The translations under genes and the position numbers were made by a program. Source: Mytilus californianus (lineage: Eukaryota). From it: a stretch of DNA of 64,000 bases. This document shows positions 53,235-64,000 of the stretch, piece after piece. Positions within the stretch are counted from its first letter, which is position 1; every line of letters begins with the position of its first letter. The notes below the pieces were generated by a model. The model saw only the letters and a program-made list of their open reading frames with translations. It was not told the DNA's origin and did not search any database. The stretch is from positions 22,692,001 to 22,756,000 of the forward strand of contig NW_026262593.1 in the NCBI RefSeq assembly GCF_021869535.1, in the 5' to 3' direction.

Positions 53235-54119
53235 ATTAATATAGGGTATCGTAGAAATCTTGTTGTCTCGTTCTCTGACGTTATTCAACGTTAATTTCCG
53301 TTGATTCGCAGTTTTATCTCCAATTTCGAGTATTACATTTCCATTGACAATGCACAATCGTATTACATGTTACAAAAACAGTGTTTTAACACAGGAAATC
53401 CATTTAATGGTCACTGCTAGATATATCATGAAGATAAAGGTTTGGCTAATTATCCTTTATTTTTCTCAGAGGCGACCAGTTATACAAGAACGTCCGTGAA
53501 CAACCCCACTTTCTAGTACAAAGTGCTGTTTATAAGTATTTGAAACAGGAATTACGTGCATGTACGTCAAACAAAAGCAATCGATGATATTCAAATATCG
53601 CTTAAATCTTCCATAAACAATTTTGAAAGTAAAATTTTGCCAAAATGTTTTACATATTCTGAACAGTTTGTCTCTCTATTTGTTTTCATGCGTTTGTGTT
53701 TGTTTGGCATTTGTATAATTATTATGCACGACCAAAACGTAATGGGTGTAATACAAAAATACACAAAAAAAAAAAAAAAAAAAAAATATGTTTCATACAA
53801 TTTTCAATTGAGTATATACTAGTATGTTACTTACGTAAATTGTTACTTGTGAAAACGGCATTGTAATAATATATAGACTGTCCAAGTGGCAGAAGTATTG
53901 ACAGAAAAATGATAATGCCTGAGACGCAGACGATGACATAACCTATGTTTAAGTTAATACTACTATCCTAAATCTCTTCATAAGTTGAATTATAAGAATC
54001 ATTCGTAGGTTTTGTACCTATTTTTTTACAAAAAGGTATCAAAGAAAACACACTTTAGTGTTTCTATAAACAACGTTACGTTTAAATATATAGATATTAC
54101 TCTTAAATTGCGAGCAGAG

Positions 54120-54378
54120 GGAAGGTGATACCTTCGGGAACAAAACTTCCCTCAGCATTGACATTCACCATATCATCATAGATATCAAGGTTATAATTTG
54201 GTACACCAGACGTGCGTTTCGTCTACATGAGATTCTTCGGTGGCGCTCGGATCAAAACAGTTGGAAGGCCAAATCAAATAAGAGGTTAAAGAGCATTGAA
54301 ATCCAAAAGTTCAGAAAAGTTCTACTAAATACGGCCAAGGCAATCAATGCCTGTGGTAGAAAAATCTTTAAACAGTAA
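54120..54378 (-). mobile_element. Hammerhead-bearing repeat (PLE pseudo-LTR/retrozyme-like); minimal type I hammerhead with mutated core at ~54203-54247
   Basis: Minus strand GCGCCA CCGAAGA ATC-TCATGTA-GAC GAAA CGCACG TC TGGTGT, against canonical CUGANGA..GAAA..UC. Confidence 0.7.
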
Positions 54379-55392
54379 TGCGGCGTTCACACAGTGCCGA
54401 TTATGGCTCCCGTTTGAGATCAGACAGCGCCAAGGCACGAAAAGTGAAAAAGTCGGATTACTATCCTCAATGATCTGGAATGTACTATCATTGTCTGAAC
54501 GCAATCGTATACGTTCGTAACAGATTCCTACGGATCGGGAATGGTCCGGAGAGGTCAGCCAAGCACCCCCAATAGTTAGGTGCGTGCCGTAACATTCGGG
54601 GAAACTCAGCCGATTTTGTCTGGTCGGATTACAATCGTGACTATGTCGTGACAGATTCTGCTGTATCGGATTAAAATCGTAACAATGTTCTGTGTTTTCT
54701 GGACGGTTTCCTGGGGAACGGGCATGATCTGGAGAAATTGGTCATTGCTGTTTTTTTGCCGATTGAGTCCAGATAGCATCCAGCTCTTGCCAAATGTGAA
54801 CCGTCTTTGTTCCGGAATAGTCACGTTATTAATACGAAATTCGGCAATAATACCAACGTCGGAGTCCCGACAATTACAGCACACGGTACGACGGAGTCCC
54901 GACAAAGCCGTTTGCAATGCGGTACAGCAGACAGTGCTAGGATTGCGTTCCGGTATTACCTGATCATCCCGAATATGGCGATTTTTTTATAGGACGGGAC
55001 TATCACTTGAAACGGTTTTCTAACGGATATCTTTCGTCAGCGTCGGTTTACTGTCTGGTCACTGTCTGATCTCTGTCGGATCGCATTCGGCAGAATCGGG
55101 ACGCTGTCGGGACATATTCGGTCGATTTTTACCATGCAAAAGATACAAATCGAATGAATCGGATTGAGAACGGGATAATCGGGACAAATTCGGCTGGAAA
55201 CAGCTGAATTTGGACGCTTCCTGAACAATATCTGATTTTTGTCGTGATTAAACGAATGTTTCTATAAATTTGAATTAAAGTTTTAATTTCCAGCCGCGAT
55301 TCACCGGATCTCGATCAGACTCTTGACAAATTTTAATCGGGAATGGTCCTATTAAGGACGGCAGTAAAAATCGTGAATGTGTGACCCCGGCT
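54379..55392. mobile_element. Non-autonomous PIF/Harbinger-like element (~1 kb, GC-rich)
   Basis: TAA TSD (54376-78, 55393-95). Imperfect TIRs GCGGCGTTCACACAGTGCCGATT / GCCGGGGTCACACATTCACGATT (17/23). Interior rich in TCGG/CCGA. Confidence 0.7.
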
Positions 55393-56814
55393 TAAATGCG
55401 GACTTAAATCATCAAATACATATGGTGTCTCAATGTCTTTGTTTCCAAGGTAATTTTAACGATAAATAAATAAGCTGTTACTTTCAAAATGTTTCTTAAA
55501 GGGCCATGCAATTTATAAATTAACCAATAATTGATCAATTTTTGTTTAGTAAACTTTGCAGAAATCCTTATTTAAAGTACTTCAACGGCGATATTAAATA
55601 ATTTTCATTCTCGTCGATATACTTGAAACAAGGAAAAACTAAGTCTTTAGATATCGTACAGGAACATTTATTTCTTACCTCTATCGGCGATCTCCTCTTG
55701 AAACGCGAGTTTATAACTGGATTTGTTACATTTTAATGCTAATCTTACATTATATTCATGCATTAGGTCCTCATTGACTTTTTTAACAAGCAAAGTATTT
55801 TACGTAGGAAAAGTTGATACAACATGTAATATTTATATTTTATATTTATAAATATTACATATATATATGAAAAAGGTCACACAAACCTCGCCATGTTTAC
55901 TTCCTATACTTCCTGCGCTTTTATTAAATTTGAAAATGACTACATGTAAAAAAAACGCAATAATTATTTATAGCTTGCCAGTATTCGTAATCATTAATAT
56001 ATATACAGTCTGAAATGAATCTAGTTTGAGCTAGATAATGTAAGGTTTTGTAACTGTTAATGACATCTACCGCTAATAACCCGGATCATTGTATATTGGT
56101 GATAACAGAACAATAATTTACTATAGAGTATATAATCTACTTTCTGCTTAATAATCAATCAAAGTATGGTTTATTATTTAGCTGAGGGAATGCAGATTAT
56201 GTGTTCTAATAAATAATGAACCTAAGAATATTTACCGCTCAACGAATGAAAAGAATATACTGCACCAAACAGATGAAGTTTTAAGTAATTCCTAATTCAT
56301 AAAGCTATATGAGCTATGAAATATAAAACGATTCCTAGATTTTTTTTTAAAAAAGCAAGTCACGTTTGGTCGTTCGTGTATAGCTTGATGGACACTTTTC
56401 TAGCCACATAATAAAATACTAATTTTTACTGAGTCTCAATTATTGGACCTCCATTTGTGCAAAAGTGTAACGGGGGTCCAAGTTATTTTGAATACATTAT
56501 GATTAAAAGATATTAAAAAAACTTCTATTCGCCATTTATTTTCAATATATTTAGGAATACTTGTACAGCTGATAAGGTAGTTTAGAAATGATAAGTGCCC
56601 AGTACTGCGGAATCAATTTCTTGGATTAATGAAAAAAATGCATTTTCGTCGATACTTGACTTCGTGATTTGGCCAAAGTGTGCATAAAAACCCGTAGATA
56701 ATATGTGCTTTGTTAAACATTAAAATTATAGAACATAACATCTACCTACAAAATCTACGAAAATTGGTATCCCGAATAGTAATGAATCAACAATATATAT
56801 CAAATTCGTCTCAA

Positions 56815-56951
56815 ATAGCCCAACCATGTTAGACCTACTAATAAGCGTTACAAATTTGTGTTTCTTGCCTCTGCAGGATTCTAACCCTTGCTTCTGTGAC
56901 AGCATCGCCTGCACTGTGTCCAGCGCCCTAGACCACTCGACTAACTAGGCT
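56815..56951 (-). mobile_element. tRNA-derived SINE head
   Basis: A-box-like TAGTCGAGTGG and B-box-like GGTTAGAATCC; does not fold as a tRNA. Confidence 0.55.
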
Positions 56952-57079
56952 ATATAAAATTTAGCTTACGTTAGTCGAATAATACCTTTCCTCGTCGGCA
57001 TTATCAAGGGTAGTAACACATAAGACGTCAAGTTTAATACCTTTTAACAAATTTTTCCAGGTTCCTTTCACTTTAGCAA

Positions 57080-57216
57080 GACATGTCAAACGGGAAAACC
57101 AACGGTCTAATCTATATAAAAAACGAGAAACGAGAAACACTTATGAACCACATCAACAAACGACAACTACTGAACATCAGATTCATGACTTAGAACAGGT
57201 GCAAACAAATGCAGCT
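57080..57216 (-). mobile_element. Family A (subfamily of 4900-5260) fragment
   Basis: ggaaaaccaacggtctaatctatataaaaa...aacaggtgcaaacaaatgcag is the reverse complement of 4972-5100. Confidence 0.7.
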
Positions 57217-59702
57217 TGTCTGCATAATGCAGGACTTTTAAAGTTTTTGGTTCCAAACATCTTTTTTTTTTTAAGTACCAAGGTAATCTAAAGCAATATA
57301 ATGCAACTTCTAATGAAAACAGGCGACACATTCTGCAATATTTATCATTCTCAATATTTTTTTTAAAATAAAAAAAATTACTTTACCTGTTCTGTGAGTA
57401 AAGTCCAGTGTGTACAATTATTCCGTAATTTAATTGCTGTTAATTACTTTTTAGCACTGTTCACTGCTAACGCTTTGTTAATTCTATCAATCACTGTTAC
57501 CGTCGCTGTGTTATATTTCTTCTGTGATAGAACCAAAACGATATGTTAAATAAAATCTATTGATTACGTATAATTTGTTCACCGCCAGACCGGTAAGATT
57601 CAATATTTTAAAATTTCCAATGACAACGAAAACATTAAATCGTCATTCATGTAAGGATAGTCAAACGAATTTAAGTAAATAACAAAACAAAATTCGATTT
57701 GAAAATAAAAGAGTGAAAAATTGCATAAAGTAAACGTCTAAATTAAATAAAAATATCAATTTTCACGCCATTAGTGAAGGAACAGCATTTCTTATACTGT
57801 TAGTCACCGATTATGGAAAGTGCGATATCAATACATTTCTGTGCATTTTATATTACGGTGATGATCTTACTATTTATTACTTCTAAAGCAATAAGATGTA
57901 CCTATTTGTATGCTTAATAATGACCGGTATTTATACTGGCGGTTATTAGCTCTCGGATTTTCTATGAGTTGATAGACAGTAATGTGTCATTGACACTCAA
58001 ATTCGAGTACATGATTATACATGTAGCTGTTCTTTTGAAATATACTTGCAATGCATAAGGAATACAAAAATTAAATAACTAAATCTAGTTGAAAAAAACC
58101 GCATTTGTAACGGGTATTTTCTTGGTCAAACATAGCAAACAATGGTTAAGGGTTCGTTCTTTTAATACATACATAGTATATTGACGCATGCATATGGTAC
58201 ATATAAATAGTATATTGACCCATGTATATGGTACATAGGTCAGTATGCTGTTTTTAGAAAATGGCAGTGCTGTGTATAAATATCTATAAACTACTCAAGG
58301 TATTCCATATCCTGAATATAAGAATATCGAAAATCCGTTTGAAGTTATATGAATATAACTAATAAGATTATCAAACAGGTAACTTCTTAATACTGCATTC
58401 TAATATGTGTCCGGCCAAATATACCAGAAACAAAAACAAAGAAACCCTACAGTAAGGCCTTTGACCCAAGTATTGACCAATCAAAAGCTTAGAACCCCCC
58501 CCCCCCCAAAAAAAAATAAAAAAAAAAAAAGAGTAAAGAGATTAACCAAAGGGAAAAGAAAATCACTAGACGTTTTAGACTGCAGTAGCAAGTACACACA
58601 GTCGATAATATATATGTATAGCGCTCAAGCTATATATAGTCTAATTGACCACCATTAGCTCCAATTGTAGATCTAATGAACCTGTCAGTGATATTTACCT
58701 GCTCATGTACTAAAGGCCAAGCGTACAATATCCAAACAATTTGACAGCGGTGATATCTACCAGAATTTATTTTATTTATCTTGATAATTTCATTTTTAAA
58801 GTTTGATTTTATGTCCGTAATGTTTTCCTTTTATTTTAGCATATATCTTTTTTTGTTGGTTTTTGTTCAATTCCGTTATTTCGTCCAATCAGAGTAAAAA
58901 TTGATGACATCATGCATGCCGTTACCATAGTTAAGCGTCCTTAAAGTCAAATTGAACAAACCTAAACTATTACTGACTGCGTCAGAAAAAAACCAACTAA
59001 TTTTTAACATAGGTTTGAAAATGCTGGTTGATAACTAATTACTATGGATTATTATTTTTTAGGCATGTTTCTCCGAGTCTGATTCCTATTTCGTGACACA
59101 TTAGGTTAACATAATGTAGATATTTAAAGAAGGTATGGAAATGCCACTTTTTTTTTAAAATCGAAAAAGTATGATAACTCAAACTAATAGCATTTTTCAG
59201 ATGTTTAAAAGACATTAGTTAGCCTGTTCGATCAGTATTTATAATAATTGAATTATGTCTCACATACATTTATATACTTTAAGGCGTCAAATCTCTCATA
59301 TTTTTTTGCAAATCTACAAAAACTGTCGAAATATGTTACATTTTGTAATTTTTTGAGACCTTACTATTAACCGATTTAAGTATTATATATATATAATTAA
59401 TTACCCTAAAATATTGTAATACAAGACATCTATAGAAAAATGGTAATGTGGGTAAAATGTCTTCTTAGGCCTTGTTCTTATCTAAGTTTGCCAAAACCTA
59501 TGTTTAAAATGTCAATTATAGATTAGATATTATGTCATCCCTTTTCAAATATAAATAAAATGAATATGAATTTGAAAAGCCTGAAAATTTATAACATTTT
59601 TTGCAAATTCCTGAGCCAGATAATTGAGCTCTTTTCACACCTCAACCATTATTTTTTTTAAACAGCTGACAAATCATGATAACAAAAACGTGTTTAGTAA
59701 TA

Positions 59703-61900
59703 GGCATGTACTATAACGTTGAGTGGAGTGGAGTGGAGTGTTGGAGTGGAGTGGTGGAGTGTTGGAGTGGAGTCATAGAGTGAACACATGGAGTTAGGAA
59801 ATGGAGTGGAGAGGAGTAAAGGATTTTGGTTAAATATTGAACGAATCCATAAATCAATCACACTTCATATCAAATGAAATTGTTAACGAATTCGAATGAA
59901 AATCTCAAATGAAAATCATTTATAATTGTTTTTTTTTTCTTCTTTTTTATTGAAATTGCAAAACACGATGATTTTATCTTATTTCATTTGTCATATTTGA
60001 TTATTCATCAAAGTTGGACAATGTTTTGGGTAGCATTTTATGACAGCTCAGTTAGAGGTGTGATGATATTGTTTAGCTAGTAATAATTTTTACTGTTCGG
60101 AATTGTAGTGTATTTCTAATGGCAGTTTTTTCTGGACTTTGTTTATCTTAATCATTATATAATGTCTCATAACAAACAATTAAAATGCATCAATCAATTC
60201 ACCTTGAAGGGTAAATAATTATCTGATGAAATGAAAAACCCATCATTGTTTCAAATATCAGTGAACGAAAACGTCTGCATTCAATTGTCTCTAGACACTT
60301 TCAATTGAAACAATAACAACACCCATAAGTAATACAAATTAATTCATAAAATATATTTCTTGTAATAATCTACATATAATTATGTATGATATCTGAAACT
60401 TCAATATTGTGTATTTTATTGCTCTTCCAATTCTTATAATTTTATGGAAATAATAAACTTGAACATTGACAAAATGTATTTAATACGGTATACTAAGCAG
60501 GGAAAAGGATTAACAAGGGCCCAGTAGCCTATGCTACTAAAATTTTGGACGAGCTCACAAAACTTTTATTGAAATGCCCATAGTGCTTTTGTTAATTTTC
60601 ACATTGTGGCAGGTTTAGCCCCTAGTTAAAAAAATGTATGTCTTATTCCCTGCAAAGTCTGTCAGAGTCAAACAGAAGCAGAAAAGAGCTTTGGACGCAT
60701 GAAATTTATGTAACGTATTGTTTTCATTTTTTTAATAATATTTGATAACTAGTGACTGAAAATTCATCTAGTCAATAAAGATATTAAAATTATTAATATT
60801 TTTGTTAACAAGGGACCAATATATAATAAAACTTAATTATCAATCAACATTTTCACTTTGATTTTATCATGTTAATTTAATGACTGTACTTTTTAAAATA
60901 TTTTGTTTCTTCCAATTATAAATAGATAACGACAATGTCTCTAACCACCGTCACCTGTCAATAGAACCCATAAAACTGTCATTACTATAATATTACTATA
61001 ACAGTATAGTTCTAATTTTCGGACGTGACCTAAATGTTTAAAAGATTATCCCATGAATCTGATGTGCTACATTTCATGTGAATGACAAGATTCTTAAATA
61101 TTGAAATGTATAAAAAAAATCATTAATTGATCATCATCGAATAAAACTATATAATTTATGTCAAACAGACAAATTTTTTATTCTTGATTTAAAATTAACT
61201 TAAATGAATGATATATTGATCTCCATAGATAAATAGATCTTTTACCAAATAAGCAAATTCATATCTTTTGCAAATGAAACATACAGAAACCAAGTGTCGT
61301 TTTTCTTGCAAAGAACTGTTCTGTTTATGCTGTTGTTTTGTATATACTTGAAGTTTATAACTTAAACTTTGCTTTGCAAGTAAAAATATTTACACCAGAA
61401 TGTTGTTAACTAAGGTAAAATTGCTGAAAGACCCCCTCCTAAGTTATAGATATCTATCATTTAACATTAATCATAATATTTTGGGGTGTAAATTAGATAC
61501 ACCTAATCGGGCTAACGCCCTCGTGGTGCATCTTACACATTTCAGGACATCTTTAAATGTGTGTGCGACCTAGACTACATGTTTGGAGATATAACCTTAA
61601 ATCATACCTATGACACATCCAAGGTGAATTATATTGGTACAATGTACACGAATGCAGTTGGACGTTGTTGAGACCAAACATCCAAATTCATTCTATGATT
61701 TTTAAAGCTATAAAAACATATCTTATAAATTGGTTTAATTTTAAACAATTGACCCAACAACTCAACTACACTCCATTTTCTAACTCCATGTTTTCACTCC
61801 ATGACTCCACTCCACCACTCCAATCCACCACTCCACTCCAGCACTCCAACACTCCACTCCACCACTCCACTCCACTCCACTCAACCTTTTAGTACATGCC
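59703..61900. mobile_element. Non-autonomous Mutator/Foldback-like element, 2198 bp, with GGAGT-microsatellite TIRs
   Basis: Perfect 9-bp TSD TTAGTAATA (59694-59702, 61901-61909). Ends are GGCATGTACTA...TAGTACATGCC. TIRs of ~105-135 bp are built of (GGAGT)n followed by ggagtcat.gagtgaa.acatggagttag.aaatggagtg. Confidence 0.85.
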
Positions 61901-63339
61901 TTAGTAATATATTGTTTTGTGAAATATTTTATGTAGCGTTGTAAGATGAAAATTGATCGATCGAATAGAAATAAGTATCTCCTTATTTTATATTTATGGA
62001 AAAACGTAGAATATCTGAACATGAAGCCTGTTAAGAAGAAATCGAAATAATAGTAATGAAGGCAGGGGATGATTGGTGGCAAAGGTAGTCAACAGTGTCA
62101 AGTCTTCCTACGAGTATATTGATAGCGATCTTTAACTATCTGTTTGTAACTGCAGAAAATCAAAAGTTTCAAATCCCTTAGGGAAAGGTGACCATCGAAA
62201 TTTTATGCTTAAAAAAAAAGATATAATTGGCTACAAAAAGAAGATTATCCGGTAACCTTAAACACACTGAACAGCTCGTAATAAAAAAAAATAAATAAAC
62301 TCAGCATATATACCAGGATTGAATTTTTTTGTACGCCAGACGCGCTGTACATATTGCTACTTATCACAATATCTTTAAAATATATACATTCATGCCATAT
62401 CAATTTCTCTCATACTGTAGAGAGTCACAAATTTTCAACATATAAAGATGTTATATCAGTTAAAGAATTTATTTAAATGTAAAAACTGTCAAACTTGTAA
62501 AAAATATAAATTTATTAGTCGAAAAAAAACTAGGTCAATTACATTTTATATACCGAACCAGTGATAAGATAGGAAACGTTATCGTGATTTTTTATTTTCC
62601 GAAGATTGAATAATTACGAGTGTAAAGTCAATGTTAAAAGGTTGTTCCTAAAAATATTTTTTTTTCAATAATCATTGATAAATCAGATGGTTAAGCGATA
62701 AACCAGACCTCTTTCAATTTTCGTTCATAGGTTTTCTCCCCGTCTGTCTTTGTCAGTTAAATTGTTTTGCAAAACTATTTTAAGAAAAAATATACACGAT
62801 TTAATCAATCGCTGAGTAAAAAAAAAGTTCATATCAATCATTTTTATTTGTTTTGTTAACACAATTGTTGCTGTATATTTTGCACGATATTTTTTTGTAA
62901 GAGATATGTTTTTACAAATATATATGATGACGTTGTTAGGGTAGCGAATTTACTTATGAGTTATGTATAAATGAGGAAACGAACGTACGATCACTTAGGC
63001 ATAAACATTGCATGTCAGTTTCTGTAAAACAATGCAAATAAAATATAATAACCAGAAGATCAAAAAAGCTTAGAGCAAATTGGTAAAAAATGCAATCTTG
63101 ATTTCTTTTATCATACTTTTTCACTCTCAAGTCACTTGCTTAATGACTGAATTTGAAAAAAGAGTTTTTGTGCATTTTCCAGATATTCGAGGTGTGACAA
63201 TTTGGCACAATTCCAAATTTCAGATTATGTTTTAACGCATGGATCATCGCTATAAGAGGAATTGCTTCAAACAGTAAGTAGAAAAAAGAAAGTTGGTAGA
63301 TGAGCGTCAGAGAAGATGTCTGAACCTGCAATTATTTCA

Positions 63340-63588
63340 ATCAAAGTGTCCGAGGGCGTGATATCTAATTTTCTGTAAGTTTTCAATTTACAAATTTTAA
63401 AGTACTCAAAACACTAAGTTTATTCTACCCAAGGACATAGATGGCCTTATCCGTATATGGCACAACTTTTTGAAACTGTGGCTTGCAATAAATTCAACTG
63501 TGTGATTGATTAAAATTTTGGTCTTTCAACTTTTTTTATTTGAGCGCCACTGTTAAGTCTTATGTAGACGGAACAAATTATGAGCCTG
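63340..63588 (+). mobile_element. Hammerhead-bearing repeat copy
   Basis: tttatttgagcgcca CTGTTAA GTC-TTATGTA-GAC GGAAC; upstream sequence collinear with 38790-38870. Confidence 0.65.
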
Positions 63589-63775
63589 GGGCCAGTATCA
63601 TGAAAACCTATCTTAAGCTTCATTCAAGAGAAAACTTACGAACACTTTACGAGAACGTTATACGATTGTGCTAAGAGCGTATCTCGAACCCCCTCGTTGG
63701 TTACTCTTAATAATGTTAAGGCTATCTTAGTATACACTTACGACTGTGAGTTAAGATAACACTCTTATCGACTTT
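63589..63775 (+). mobile_element. Harbinger-like MITE, left end only
   Basis: Begins CTG|GGGCCAGTATCATGAAAA, with internal cttacga/cttaag motifs; no right TIR found. Confidence 0.5.
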
Positions 63776-63894
63776 TCCGAAGGTACCGTCTTTGGTTTTT
63801 GAAGAGAATATTAGAGAATTCGCGGCAAAATCGATGTTAAAAGTCATCTGTGCGTTTAATAAAACGCTCGAAAAACATACTTTAATTCAATACT

Positions 63895-64000
63895 TGCTTT
63901 TATTGTTTGTTCTTATGTTGTACTGTTACACCACTGTCCCAGGTTAGAGGAGGTTGTCGCCTACAAACATGTTTAACCCCGTCACATTCTATATGATCCT
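63895..64000 (+). mobile_element. Family A 3' UTR fragment running off the window end
   Basis: tttgttcttatgttgtactgttacaccactgtcccaggttag matches 42517-42560. Confidence 0.7.

Noticed and set aside
54606-55228. ORFs in the GC-rich Harbinger-like element as transposase
   Set aside because: Short, overlapping on both strands, with no DDE or Myb-like motifs.
60498-60652. hAT-type MITE (CAGGG...CCCTG) inside the Mutator-like element
   Set aside because: TIR only 10/13 and no 8-bp TSD; mentioned only as a possible relic.
261-63331. Remaining short ORFs in the six-frame track
   Set aside because: Low-complexity or repeat-derived, with no recognisable domains apart from the RT fragments already listed.

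Overview
AT-rich eukaryotic genomic DNA. The repeat families point to a bivalve mollusc, probably Mytilus; this is an inference from memory of those families, not a database search. There is one convincing protein-coding gene: a 361-aa rhodopsin-type neuropeptide GPCR of the myosuppressin-receptor/dmsr-1-like group, with an uninterrupted CDS at 13328-14413 (-). A splice acceptor lies 59 nt upstream of its ATG, with two tiny uORFs in between. The rest of the window is non-coding and dense in transposon relics. These include two families of 5'-truncated Penelope-like retroelements whose ORF ends with RT (Naiad-like), tRNA-derived SINEs, degenerate hammerhead-ribozyme repeats, a Helitron, a Helentron-type HINE, Harbinger-like MITEs, a MITE family with 6-bp TSDs, a Mutator-like element with GGAGT-microsatellite TIRs and a 9-bp TSD, and several tandem repeats. 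Three observations stand out. (1) A near-canonical SECIS element lies in the 3' UTR of a Naiad-like retroelement (32576-32641, -). (2) A 1.76-kb non-autonomous element with CAC...GTG ends, asymmetric ~80-bp TIRs and a 5-bp TSD (Transib/RAG-like signature) is inserted in a SINE (44714-46472). (3) Harbinger-like MITEs have repeatedly inserted into copies of the hammerhead repeat, twice at the same CTG. All alignments and folds were done by eye, so repeat boundaries are approximate unless a TSD is stated.
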